Of a DNA stretch of 64,000 bases, positions 49,355 to 61,200 are shown piece after piece. Position numbers and translations under genes: made by a program. The DNA is taken from NCBI GenBank assembly GCA_012862495.1, contig BLSG01000299.1, positions 1 to 64,000 of the forward strand, in the 5' to 3' direction. The stretch comes from Thraustochytrium aureum. Its lineage: Eukaryota. The notes beneath the pieces were generated by a model. That model did no database searches, had not been told where the DNA came from, and was given only the letters and a program-made list of their open reading frames with translations. Each line of letters starts with the position of its first letter. Position 1 is the first letter of the stretch.

Positions 49355-50446
49355 ATGGCACTGTTGAGGCCCTCCGCTGGCCTTGGCTTGGCCAGGGCGC
49401 TCGGCGGCCCCGCGCGACGCTCCGCCTCGAGGCCCTTGAAGGCGGCGCTTGGGGGCGAGCAACGGGTTGGGGCGGCCGGAAGGCCCTGCTGGTACAGCCA
49501 GGGACGCTACACGTGCAACTTGAGCTATGCCGATATGAGCTACACGCGCGAGCTGCTGTCAAAGAAGCAGGCGTTCATCATCGACTGCGACGGCGTGCTC
49601 TACCACGCCGACCACCTCCTCCCCGGCGCCAAGGCCTTCGTGGAGTTTCTGCAAAACTCGGGCAAGCGGTTCCTCTTCCTGACCAACAGCAGCGACAAGT
49701 CAACGGAGAAGCTGGTGAAAAAGTTTGCCAGGCTCGGGCTGGACGTNNNNNNNNNNNNNNNNNNNNNNNNNNNNNNNNNNNNNNNNNNNNNNNNNNNNNN
49801 NNNNNNNNNNNNNNNNNNNNNNNNNNNNNNNNNNNNNNNNNNNNNNNNNNNNNNNNNNNNNNNNNNNNNNNNNNNNNNNNNNNNNNNNNNNNNNNNNNNN
49901 NNNNNNNNNNNNNNNNNNNNNNNNNNNNNNNNNNNNNNNNNNNNNNNNNNNNNNNNNNNNNNNNNNNNNNNNNNNNNNNNNNNNNNNNNNNNNNNNNNNN
50001 NNNNNNNNNNNNNNNNNNNNNNNNNNNNNNNNNNNNNNNNNNNNNNNNNNNNNNNNNNNNNNNNNNNNNNNNNNNNNNAGCCCTACTTTGTGGGCAAGCC
50101 CAACCCGCTCATGGTGCGCAGCGCGCTGGACCGCCTCGGGACCCCGCGGGACCTTGCGGTCGTGGTGGGCGACCGCCTCAATACTGACATCAAGGCTGGC
50201 GTCGAGGCCGGCGTCGACACCGTGCTGGTTCTCTCCGGCGTGGCCACCGAGGAGGATATCAAGCGATTCGCCTACAGGCCGTCAACCGTGCTTTCAGGGG
50301 TGGGCGACATCGCGGCCATCATCAGCGGATCCGCCCCAAGCGAGCCTCCCAAGCCCGTGGCGCAGTCTGCAGCAGGCTCCAAGCCCGCGGCGCCCGAAAC
50401 GACGCCAAGCCCCGCCGCCGCCGCCGCCGCCGCTAGATCCAGCTAG
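49355..50446 (+). CDS. HAD-superfamily subfamily IIA hydrolase (NagD-like) with a probable mitochondrial-type presequence
   Basis: FIIDCDGVLY, FLTNSS, PYFVGKPN, VVGDRLNTDI and LVLSGV. The N-terminus is Arg/Ala/Leu-rich. Confidence 0.92.
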   Translation: MALLRPSAGLGLARALGGPARRSASRPLKAALGGEQRVGAAGRPCWYSQGRYTCNLSYADMSYTRELLSKKQAFIIDCDGVLYHADHLLPGAKAFVEFLQNSGKRFLFLTNSSDKSTEKLVKKFARLGLDXXXXXXXXXXXXXXXXXXXXXXXXXXXXXXXXXXXXXXXXXXXXXXXXXXXXXXXXXXXXXXXXXXXXXXXXXXXXXXXXXXXXXXXXXXXXXXXXXXXXXXXXXXXXXXXXPYFVGKPNPLMVRSALDRLGTPRDLAVVVGDRLNTDIKAGVEAGVDTVLVLSGVATEEDIKRFAYRPSTVLSGVGDIAAIISGSAPSEPPKPVAQSAAGSKPAAPETTPSPAAAAAAARSS

Positions 50447-50734
50447 AGCTACTGTCGAGCTAGTCTGGGGCCGGAGCCAGCCTGGGGCTCGCTCCCAACC
50501 AGAGATCCTGGTCCGCACGCGCTCGTCTTGCATGTGTTCCTTGCTGTCTTTCTGCACAGGAAGATTGTCGACCTCGACCAGCGTTTCAATCGACCCGCGT
50601 TCCTTGCCGTGGTCATGCGCAGCGTCAAGCACAACAACGGGCGATCACTCCCTTTGCTAGAGCTGGACCAGAAAGTACGACATAATACCAAAGCTTTATC
50701 TCGTCGTGCAACGGCAAGAAGCTACCTAGATTTG

Positions 50735-51670
50735 CTAATCATGCCCAGAGTGCGAAGGCACGAGGGTTGGTGGCCGGCAGAAGAGCTCTCCCGTTGGCGA
50801 ACCGTTCGAAAACAGCCTACACCCCAATGGAACCTTTACAAGTCGCGTGCCGTTCACAAGCACCTCCGAGAACTCATCGCGGCAAAGCGCCCAAGAGCCG
50901 CCCGCTGGACCAAGGTACGCACAGGCGGCAACTTCGGACCCGTCGCCTTGGACGACTACAGTGTCCTTGACGGCGCTCTCGTCGAACGCTGGGCAGCAGC
51001 CAAAGCGCGTTGGGGTCGGGAATCCCGCATCTGCGCACTCGAGAGCGCCAGACTCGAGCCAAGAGAATCTAGCCGGATCAAAAACGTTGGCACAGTTGTC
51101 GCTGGCAAAATGCTCGAGCGACGTGATTGTTGTTCCGTTGGCGTCTCTGCCGAGATCGAGGCAGCACCGATTGCAGGGCTCGACGAGGCCGTTGCGCGCC
51201 TGGCACCATTGGATTTGGTCCTGCTGCGTCCCGATCATGTTGCAGAGTCCCGGAGCAGTGGGGGTGCACACCGAGCACTCGCTCGGCCACAGCAGGTTGT
51301 CAAAGCTGATCGGGCCGATCGCCTGATCGCACGGCGTGCACGGCGCGTCTCTTGTGCATCGACCCGGTTGGCCCTCTCGGCAGTCTCGCAGCGAAGCCGC
51401 GGGCTTGCCGCCTTTCGCGCTTGCCCGGCACTCGCTTAGCATGTACGCCGTTCCAGGCGGCAGTTTGACCGCGACGAGGCTCAAATAGTACACCTCCACG
51501 ACGACCGCCGCGAGCACGACCAGCGAGCTAAACTTGTGCCGCCACGCGCTGGAGCCTTGCGGCGCCATTGCACTCGCGAGGCCGGCTGCCCCGAGAACCG
51601 TCAGCAGCGTGATCACCACCGACTGTCCCAGGTCGCTGGCCTCCAGCGCGGCGCCAGGCGCAGGCCCCAT
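50735..51670 (-). CDS. Hypothetical membrane protein with two N-terminal TM helices and a Cys-rich ectodomain
   Basis: Two hydrophobic segments, then many Cys (CTRDAPCTPC, ECSVC, PCNRCC, FGCC). Confidence 0.55.
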   Translation of the reverse strand: MGPAPGAALEASDLGQSVVITLLTVLGAAGLASAMAPQGSSAWRHKFSSLVVLAAVVVEVYYLSLVAVKLPPGTAYMLSECRASAKGGKPAASLRDCREGQPGRCTRDAPCTPCDQAIGPISFDNLLWPSECSVCTPTAPGLCNMIGTQQDQIQWCQARNGLVEPCNRCCLDLGRDANGTTITSLEHFASDNCANVFDPARFSWLESGALECADAGFPTPTRFGCCPAFDESAVKDTVVVQGDGSEVAACAYLGPAGGSWALCRDEFSEVLVNGTRLVKVPLGCRLFSNGSPTGELFCRPPTLVPSHSGHD

Positions 51671-51808
51671 CCTCCCGGAGAGCGTGAGCCGAAGCAGTCG
51701 CGACGCCCGCACTCGGCTGCCCGTCGCGCTTTGACCAGGCAAGCGAGCACTTCCTCTTGCGCAGCGTGTTTACACGACCGACGCCGTTCCCGATCGATCG
51801 GTCGACGG

Positions 51809-51911
51809 TGCATGCATGCGTTCGTGCGTGCGTGCGTTCGTGCGTGCGTGCGTGCGTGCGTGCGTGCGTCCGTGCGTGCATGCGTGCGTGCGTGCGTGCG
51901 TGCTTGCGTGC
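51809..51911. repeat. (GCGT)n tetranucleotide microsatellite
   Basis: tgcgtgcgtgcg... for about 100 bp with a few variant units. Confidence 0.95.
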
Positions 51912-52232
51912 CTGGACGCTGTTTGTCGTAACGGTCATCAACGCAACCGCTCTCTGACCGCCCTAAAAGCGCTCTGAGACCGACCCAAACGAAAACTGCG
52001 AGCGACCTGTGTCGTTTCTGTGCGCGCTCTGTGGCCGACCCAAGGGGAAAAGTGCGGGGCGGCCCTTGGGTGGCCCGCTGCATTTCTGGACGCGGCGACG
52101 GACGGACGCGGTGGCGGACGCGGGTTTCTTTGGCGGACGCAGACGAACGAAGCGCTGCGGAGCTGAAGGCGAGCGAGCGAGCGAGCGTGTGCTTGACGCG
52201 GCTTTGGTGCTTTTGGGGAATCGGGAGCCAAG

Positions 52233-53321
52233 ATGAGGCGCGTGGCGGTGTTGGCCGGCGATGGGATCGGACCTGAGGTGATGCGCGAGTCGCTCAAGGT
52301 GCTCGACAGCACGGCGTCCGTGTTTGGCCACAAGTTTCAGTACACGCACGGGCTGATCGGAGGCGCCGCCTTCGATGTTTACGGCAACCACTTTCCGCAG
52401 GAGACGATCGACATCTGCAAGGCGTCCGACGCGGTGTTGTTTGGGTCTGTGGGAGGCCCGGTCAACAGCACCGAGGCCAAGTGGAAGGACTCGGAGAAGA
52501 ACGCCGTGCTCGGGCTCCGCAAGCACTTTGGGTTTGGCGTCAACATCCGGCCTGCCAAAGTGTTCAAAAACCTCGAGCCGCTGTGCCCGCTCAAGCCCGA
52601 GATTGTCAACAAAGGACCGGTTGACATGGTCATCATCCGCGAGCTCGTGGGCGACATCTACTTTGGCGAGCACAGCACGAGCCCCGACGGCAAGTCGGCC
52701 AGGGACGTGATGGACTACACTGTTGAGCAGATCGTGCCGCCGCTCAAGTTTGCCTTCGAGACGGCCCGCAAGCGCAGCAACAAGGTGACCGTCGTCGACA
52801 AGGCCAACGTGCTGGACTGCAGCCGCCTCTGGCGCCGCGTCGCGACCGAGGTCCATGCCGACTACTCTGACGTGGCTCTCGAGTTTATGTACATCGACAA
52901 CGCAGCCATGCAGCTCATGCTCAACCCGTCGCAGTTCGACGTCATCGCGACCGCCAACTTGTTCGGGGACATTCTCAGCGACGCCGCCAGCGTGCTGCCA
53001 GGGTCGCTCGGCCTCATGCCCTCCGCGAGTCTCAGCACCGGCAAGTTGCACATGTACGAGCCAAGCGGCGGGTCGGCGCCAGCTCTTACAGGCCTCAACG
53101 TGGCCAACCCGATCGCGCAGATTCTGTCGGCTGCCATGATGCTGCGCTACTCGTTTGACATGCACAAAGAGGCCGAGCTCGTTGAGAACGCGGTGGATGC
53201 GGTGCTGCAGGCGGGCGCGCGCACGGGCGACCTGCTGATGGCGGGCGAGACCACGACGATCTCGACGACCGAAATGGGGGACCGCATCGCCGCCAAGGTC
53301 GTCGAGCTAGCTTCCAACTAA
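52233..53321 (+). CDS. leuB: 3-isopropylmalate dehydrogenase
   Basis: [79 protein letters not shown] and [18 protein letters not shown]. The ORF is intact with no intron. Confidence 0.97.
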   Translation: MRRVAVLAGDGIGPEVMRESLKVLDSTASVFGHKFQYTHGLIGGAAFDVYGNHFPQETIDICKASDAVLFGSVGGPVNSTEAKWKDSEKNAVLGLRKHFGFGVNIRPAKVFKNLEPLCPLKPEIVNKGPVDMVIIRELVGDIYFGEHSTSPDGKSARDVMDYTVEQIVPPLKFAFETARKRSNKVTVVDKANVLDCSRLWRRVATEVHADYSDVALEFMYIDNAAMQLMLNPSQFDVIATANLFGDILSDAASVLPGSLGLMPSASLSTGKLHMYEPSGGSAPALTGLNVANPIAQILSAAMMLRYSFDMHKEAELVENAVDAVLQAGARTGDLLMAGETTTISTTEMGDRIAAKVVELASN

Positions 53322-54207
53322 CTCTCTCTCTCTCTCTACTAGCTAGCTAGAGCATTGTTTCAGGGGCGNNNNNNNNNNNNNNNNNNNNNNNNNNNNNNNN
53401 NNNNNNNNNNNNNNNNNNNNNNNNNNNNNNNNNNNNNNNNNNNNNNNNNNNNNNNNNNNNNNNNNNNNNNNNNNNNNNNNNNNNNNNNNNNNNNNNNNNN
53501 NNNNNNNNNNNNNNNNNNNNNNNNNNNNNNNNNNNNNNNNNNNNNNNNNNNNNNNNNNNNNNNNNNNNNNNNNNNNNNNNNNNNNNNNNNNNNNNNNNNN
53601 NNNNNNNNNNNNNNNNNNNNNNNNNNNNNNNNNNNNNNNNNNNNNNNNNNNNNNNNNNNNNNNNNNNNNNNNNNNNNNNNNNNNNNNNNNNNNNNNNNNN
53701 NNNNNNNNNNNNNNNNNNNNNNNNNNNNNNNNNNNNNNNNNNNNNNNNNNNNNNNNNNNNNNNNNNNNNNNNNNNNNNNNNNNNNNNNNNNNNNNNNNNN
53801 NNNNNNNNNNNNNNNNNNNNNNNNNNNNNNNNNNNNNNNNNNNNNNNNNNNNNNNNNNNNNNNNNNNNNNNNNNNNNNNNNNNNNNNNNNNNNNNNNNNN
53901 NNNNNNNNNNNNNNNNNNNNNNNNNNNNNNNNNNNNNNNNNNNNNNNNNNNNNNNNNNNNNNNNNNNNNNNNNNNNNNNNNNNNNNNNNNNNNNNNNNNN
54001 NNNNNNNNNNNNNNNNNNNNNNNNNNNNNNNNNNNNNNNNNNNNNNNNNNNNNNNNNNNNNNNNNNNNNNNNNNNNNNNNNNNNNNNNNNNNNNNNNNNN
54101 NNNNNNNNNNNNNNNNNNNNNNNNNNNNNNNNNNNNNNNNNNNNNNNNNNNNNNNNNNNNNNNNNNNNNNNNNNNNNNNNNNNNNNNNNNNNNNNNNNNN
54201 NNNNNNN

Positions 54208-55606
54208 GTACTTTGTCAACCTCTTCCCGCGCGCGGGGTGCGACAACCATCCGTCTTCGCACCTCGAGTACCCAACGGAGGACAACTTTCGCGCCGACCG
54301 CATCCCAGACCTTCACCTCATGGCCGCCCTTGCCGAGGAGGCGGGCGTCGATTTGCGGGTCGTCGTCATCGACGAGGACGAGGACGTCCTGGTGCGCGGA
54401 GCGGCGTGGACCGCACAGTTCACCAGCTACAACTCCCAAGCGATCCTCAAGACCATGGAACAGGCCTACCAGTCCATGTACACGCAGCTGGTCCAGGTGG
54501 AGCGCGGCTTCTTCCTCGGCGTCAACATGGACAAGATCCAGAGCAACGGCGAGCTAGACGCCTTCGTCGGTATCAAGGGCCTTGAACAGGCCCTCGCAGC
54601 CAGCGCCGAGACCTGGCGCTCAGAAATCAAGGCCGTGCGCGCAGCGGCCACCCCGCTGCCAGGCGCGGAGGCGTACCGTTTCGAGCTTGAACTTGCGCGC
54701 GACAAGGTCCGCAACCGCCTGTTCCCGGGCACCGTGTCGCGGCCGCTGATCGTCAAGAAGACCGTCTTCTCCAAAGTTGGCCATACGCGGCCGCGCCTCG
54801 TGTTTGTCGCCGGGCTCGAGGGGACCGGGCACCACCTGTGGCGCCTGGTGACCACCAAGCTGATGCAGGAGGGCAAGCTCATTCCCGCCTGCCCGATCGA
54901 GCGTCATCTGTTCCAGAACCGCAACAAGAACACGATGTGGTTCACCCAGTACGCCGATCTGTACCAGACCGCCACGGAAGGCCTCGTCCGAGAGCTTCGC
55001 GCGCTTGTGGAGCTGGACGCGGGTGCCGGGCGCACCTACATGGCCAACCTGATGGACAGCTCCCCGGAGTGCTACATCCGCGCCGGCATGATGAGCTACC
55101 CCAACTTTAAAGGGCGCTTCAAGACGCTGCAGCGCCCCAACGTGATCACCCTGGCCAAGTTGGCGGACGAGGCTGGCATCGACTTGCGCATCATCGTGCT
55201 CCTTCGCGACGGCGACGGGATCATCCGCAGCACGGTCGACCACCGCCACTTTGGCGGCTGGGGCCCGGAGGGCGAGCCGCACGAGATCCGCTACCTCAGC
55301 GTCAACGTCCACGCACTCTACGCGCAGATGGACTCGATCGACAATGCCTTCTTTTCCTATTGCGACGACTTTGACGACCCGAGCTTCAAAGGCATTGAGA
55401 CGCTCTCAACTGCGTTCAATATCTCGTCCTTCCCGGACCTGATGCGCTCCACTGCGCAGTTTCCGCCCCCACCCCCGCCGAACAAACTCGTCAAGTGGGC
55501 GAAATCCAGCAAGCGGCGCAACTCGCTCGCGTTCACTCTCAAGACCACGCTCAGCGGCCTCGAGTCGTTCTGCCCCAACGCAGACCTGCTCTCCAACGAC
55601 AACTAG
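54208..55606 (+). CDS. Sulfotransferase-like P-loop protein with internal domain duplication (5' in gap)
   Basis: VFVAGLEGTGHHLW (PAPS 5'-PSB-like), SYPNF and IIVLLRD. The segment LAKLADEAGIDLRIIV is mirrored upstream by MAALAEEAGVDLRVVV. Confidence 0.55.
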
Positions 55607-56170
55607 CTCGCGAGGGGTCGCTGTGGGAACTCGACAAGCCTTTGGCGAGCGGACGCTGCCCGTGTTTTGTTTTCATACATGGTGGATTCCGCCCTCCCTC
55701 TGTATACGTAGACGTTACCGGGGACCGCCTTCACCCTTCAACAAGGCTCGCGCGTGCCGGGTGGCGCGGGCGAGAGCCAGCGGCTTGCGGTGGGTATTGT
55801 TCTTGGCTTGCATTTGAAGGCGGAGCATCTGGACGGGGCACCCCGGTGACGCGGCGCCGGCTGCCCTCGTCGCCGCCGCATCCAAGCCTTTTCTCTCGCG
55901 AGAGAGAGCTACAGGCCCATCTACGTAGACTACTATAGATTAGATGGAAAAACTGCATTGCATCGAGCATTTCTCCTTGCTCTACCAGAGAGCATGTACA
56001 GCAGGGTTGAGTCCTCGTGTCTGCAGAGCGCGTGGAACTACCTAACGCTCTCCGCGGACTGTCGCCCTTCAATGCGCAAGGGTCTCCCTGCGCGAGCGTC
56101 AAGATCAGCACGCGGAAACCGACCGAATCCAACCAACTTCTGTGCGTGCGAGCTGTCTTCACGGCCGAAA

Positions 56171-57971
56171 CTACATGACCACGCAGCGACCCTGGCTGTC
56201 GTCAGCTGCCTCCTCCGAGTCAGAGTCGCCCTCAAGGTCGTGCAGCAGCGGGTACCGCCGCTGGCTCGAGTTGCTGCTCCGCTTCTCCGGGCAAGTCCCG
56301 CTCGCCCTCGGTCGCTCCACGATCGAAAGCGACTGCTCGGTCGTAGTTGCAGACTCGGGCATCATTTCGTAGTCCAGCGCCGGCGCTGTGACAACCGCAA
56401 ACTGCGAGGGGGCGGCGTGCGCAGCGCTCGCGAGGATCTCGCGCATCGACTTGCGAAGTTCGTTCTCGGGGCCCTTGATGCTCTGCATGAGCTCGTCAAT
56501 GCACCGCTGAAGGCGGACAACGACGTCCGCCGGAAGAATGGCCCTCTCCGAGTCTAGCGGAGCCTTTCTAAACTCCTTCAGGTGCGCGGCATCGACCCCA
56601 CCGTCGACGCTGCGCCCGGCGTCAGGGCTCGCGAGCGCCTCACTCCAGAGCTGCGACTGCTCCCGGCCCATGCGGGCCAGGCGCTCGCCAGAGCGCTCCT
56701 TGATGGATTGGTACTGTGCGAGAAAAAATCAACAGCAGTCAGCAAATGTTCGCGAGACACAGTGGCATGCAGGCCAACGCGGCAACTCGAGCGGCAAAAA
56801 CCTACCTCCGCCATACGCTTTTTGATCTCTTTGAGCTCGGATGGCGCCTCGTCGGCGTAGAGACGCAAGTGCTCGCCAAGCTCGTCCTGCTTCGCTGTGA
56901 GGCGGTTGTCTGCAGACGCGATACGCTCCTGCTGGAACGAGGCGAAGGCAGCAAGGCTTTGGAAAAGTTCGGGGATGTGGCGCATGAGCGTCCGCGCCAA
57001 CACCCGCTTGACATTCGTGCGGTGCGTGGCGCCCCGGCTCAACGAGGGCTTGGCGTGCTTCGTTATCGACTCGACCGACCACATCAGGAGCTTGACCACA
57101 GCTGTGGCGAGCGAGAGGTACTGCTCCGCGTTTGTATGATCGTTCTCGGCCTGCTTGAGATTCACGCCAAGAAGCCGCCTGTCTTCCAGCATTTTGGCCA
57201 TGCTCGGTTCGGGCTGCAGAACGGCATCCAGCAAAACGCTCAGGGCCGCACCTTGAGCCACAGCCGCGCTTTGCGTTTGGGTGATCGCCTTAGGATGCAG
57301 TCATCCATGGCTCGGAGCTTGGTCCGATTCTCCTCGACGACCTGCTGCTTTCCAGTGACGTCGGAGGCGGCCACAACTGCGGCCTTTTTGGCGGCGAGAA
57401 TCTGGCTGTCGGCCTCGTTGCCTGTTTCGTTCAGAATTTGCTCCACCTGATTCTGGCACTTTCGTAGCTCGCTCAGCGCGTTGACGCAGACGCGGCACAC
57501 TTGACTGTGCAGCTGGATCTTGCGCTCGTTGTCGGTGCCCGACTCGGCCAGCGCGAGCTCGGCCTCCATCACGGTTTGCGGGATGGAGGGCTCCTTTTCT
57601 TTGCCCTCGATCTTTTCGCGGGCGTCGCCCATGAGCTTTAGCACCCCGACAGCCATGGCGGCCAGCTCGGACTTGCGCCCGAGTCTGCCAGAGTAGTTGT
57701 CCATGGCGCGCTTGATGTTCAGCACGTGCGTTTGCAGCGTGTCGCTGACGTCCTTCTTCATGTTGATGGCTCCAAAGAACTCCTCCAGGTCGAACGTGGC
57801 CATGGGCCTCGCCGTCAGGAGAAGGGCGGCTCGCTTCTCTCCATCGAAGCATGACCTCCGCATGCGCTTCTCCGGGTTGGCGTCCTCCTGCTTCACAGGG
57901 CTCCCAACGCTCGCCATACTGGGCGCCCTGTGGAGCTGGCTCAGAATCTCCGTCGTCAAAGACCGCTTCAT
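56171..57971 (-). CDS. Hypothetical helical/coiled-coil protein split over three frames
   Basis: Consecutive overlapping minus ORFs 57240..57971, 56578..57261 and 56171..56671 with helical composition; no family recognised. Confidence 0.5.
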
Positions 57972-58224
57972 CCTCTCGCTTGCTCGGCCTCCGCGCGCCC
58001 GCTGCTCCTCACCAGCGCCCCTCGAGCTAGACCTCGGCCTCTGGAGAGCTTGAGCCAGACAGACCCTCTTCCACCGTCTGTTGCGGGACTGCTCGCGCGC
58101 ATCCTGGGCCGTGCAAAACAGTGCTCATTCTCGCATTCGGCAAGGAAAACCGCCGCCCAACCGCCTCGAAAGTTCGCGAGTTGTACGCTGGCTGGCGCGG
58201 CTATCTCCGCTATCTCGCTCATTT

Positions 58225-61200
58225 CTTTAATTAATTAATAACTTTTCTTTTAATAAAATGTCATCCTTTTCGTGGTCGACTTGCAAATGGAGATCTGTCG
58301 CGAGAGCAGATCAAACTAGCGCAGCTTCGAGCTCCTATACCCATGATCGCTGCCGCAAACGTTGGCGATCATCGACTGGCTCGATGCCGTGCTATTCCGC
58401 GCCGCGTTTTTCGGAAAAAGGTGTTTTGCACCTTCACGAGCGTCTCGAATCGAAACACCCCACATTTATTAAGTCTTGACTTAATAAAATTAGATAGGAG
58501 CCAAGGTTGTGAATAGTACGTTGTACATCGATGTTTCTTTCATTCACACTATGTTCATGAAGGTCTTCAGGGTGTTGGGGGTGGAGGAGTTGTCACGGTG
58601 AAGGTCTCCCTGCGCCGCCTTTTACGGCGCGATGAGTTTTGGGCTTGATGGAGCTCGCCGGCCTCAAGGTCTACAGGTTCGCTCGCGAGCTGATTTTCCT
58701 GGTCTTCTGCCGCACCAACGACACGTGGTACACAGTCGAGCTTCTCGTACTCTGCGTCCTCGAGGTACACGGCGCTGCTTGGGTAGCGCCTCAGGACACA
58801 TTCTGGGTAAGGAATCCGAACTTGGTTGTGGAAGGCGTTGAAGCAAACCTTGCAGAGGGCAATATTGCAAGCACTGCACCGCTTTGTTGTGACACGGCCA
58901 ATACGCGAGCTGTACTTCTCATTGTGTTTGCCCCCCTCGCAGTACGTGCAGCAAACATTGCATGTCGCAGATTTGTGGGGACCCGTGAGCTTGTGCTCAA
59001 CGTCGGTGCTGAGTCGTTGCTTGATAATCTGGGCACTTGTGTTCGCGTCAACTAGGAAGTTGTTCTTGGCCCGAAGCCGTATTGTTGCAGCCTTGGCGAG
59101 GCCCTCTGACGGAGCTCGAGCATGTTTCTCAGGATGAGCGCTTGCAGGTGCTGCTGCGCGAGGAAAGCCCATTATCAATGTCAAGCAGCCCACTTCGAAG
59201 CCAAGTGAGTTGATTTGGGCTGTCCAAGCCGAGCATGATGTCCTTCAAGGTCTCCGCATAGGTTGTGGCCTTCGAGCGCTTTTTGCAGAACATCTTGTAG
59301 GTGGTGCACGACTTGATACCTGCGGGTCCGATTGAGGCCAACCCATGGAGGCGGAACGTATTGTAGAGAGAGTAGTCGAGCAGCATCATCCACAGCAACG
59401 AGAATGGCTTCATCGTGCCGTATGTTGGCTTGTTCCCATTGATAACACGGCGAGCGGTGTCTGCTCCGCCCATGAAATGGTTCCACGCAGACGTAACTAG
59501 CGGTAGTAAACGGCGGCAAGGCGGTGGGGTTCCGTTTTGACGAACATCCGCGTCGTGGGCCTTCCATAGTCTGAGGTACAAGTCGACGGTGTGGTGCTCC
59601 ACGGCATACCCGTAAGCCGGGTGTCGGTCAGGCGCGATTCGTGGAATTTCCTGTGGCTCTGGGCCATAGGCAAACCCCAAGTGACGAGTCTTGAGAAGGT
59701 CCATGAGCTTCATCCAGGCTTCCCGCTGAGAAACGCTGACATGCACTAGAACGGCACGCTGCAGTCGAGCTCGCCCGGAGAGGATCAAGAGCGTGCATGG
59801 TAGACTCAGGACTGCAGCATGATGGACTGCCTGGGCCCGCCAGCTCGCGTNNNNNNNNNNNNNNNNNNNNNNNNNNNNNNNNNNNNNNNNNNNNNNNNNN
59901 NNNNNNNNNNNNNNNNNNNNNNNNNNNNNNNNNNNNNNNNNNNNNNNNNNNNNNNNNNNNNNNNNNNNNNNNNNNNNNNNNNNNNNNNNNNNNNNNNNNN
60001 NNNNNNNNNNNNNNNNNNNNNNNNNNNNNNNNNNNNNNNNNNNNNNNNNNNNNNNNNNNNNNNNNNNNNNNNNNNNNNNNNNNNNNNNNNNNNNNNNNNN
60101 NNNNNNNNNCATCGGATTTGCGTGGCTGGCCAATGTGGCTTGTCGTCCGAGTCCGAGTCTGAAAGTGAGACCTGCAATCCTGACCGCCCATTCTCGGACC
60201 TGTTCACAGAACGACTTCCTGCGGGCGTGGCTGGAATTGGTGGAATTGGTGGGTTTGAGCTTTGCTGTGCAGGTGTAAAGGTGGGGGGGGCAGGATCCCC
60301 TCCAGAGGAATCTGTTGCAGGAGTGTGCAATTCAGGTCTCATTGAATTTCCACACGCAGGGTTTGAGCCCGAGGCCTCCGTCTCGCCGGCTGGTGCTTCT
60401 GACAAGCGCTCGTAGTTTTGAGCAAGAATCCTTGCGAGCCCTTGGTGCGTGTCTTGGGCCTTCGTCGGTTTGGGGATTTTTCCCAGGCGTACAAGCTCCT
60501 GAACGCGCTCTCGCAGTTCCCTGACACGCCATTGCTTGGTGTAGTACACAATTGTTTTGGGGTTGCCACCCTTCGTTCCGGCGTTGCCGCTTTTCGCAGA
60601 AGTTGACCTTTCAGTTGGAGCTCTATGCTTTGCTGGAACGGTTTGAACCGGCAACTCGTCATGAACCACAGAGCGGGCGTTCCCTGCTGACAAGTGCATA
60701 ACTGGGTTGAGCTGGGCCGTCTGCTTTGCATGTTCGTGCAGGCTACGAAGCTCATCCGTATCAAAGTACTCCGCCTTCGCGAAGTTCAGCAGGACGAATG
60801 CGACGGAGCTCGAACACCGAAATGTCCTCGCTAAGAACCAGTCCTGCGTGCGCTGTCGCTGTGTCAAAAGGAAAAGACTTGACTCCATCATCTTGAATGC
60901 GGCCGAGATCTGTTTGTAGGTTGATTCGGTCGCGGTGCTCGGCTCAGGCACTGGTACGTGCTGCAAGCGCTTAACCCCCCCAGGAGCCTTGGCATCCCTA
61001 CCTCTTGTCACCTCATAGACGTAGCGCTGCCCTTTGAATTCCGTTGCCGACGTGATGAGCCGGGCAACTCTTGCTTTGCCTTGTCCATGTCGCTGAGCAG
61101 TCACCTCTAGACCGAGACTGCGCTGGACAGCGGTAAAACTGCTGCGAGATCCGAAGATGCCAATGTTTACACGGCCATCAGCAGTTGCCTGCGTAGGTGT

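Noticed and set aside
52233..53321. Prokaryotic contamination suggested by intronless leuB, RlmL-like and NagD-like genes
   Set aside because: They are interspersed with clearly eukaryotic genes, share their codon style, and show no operon structure.
58227..58238. TTAATTAATTAA as the piggyBac target-site duplication
   Set aside because: No matching TIR follows it, and no corresponding TTAA-bounded inverted end is found on the right.
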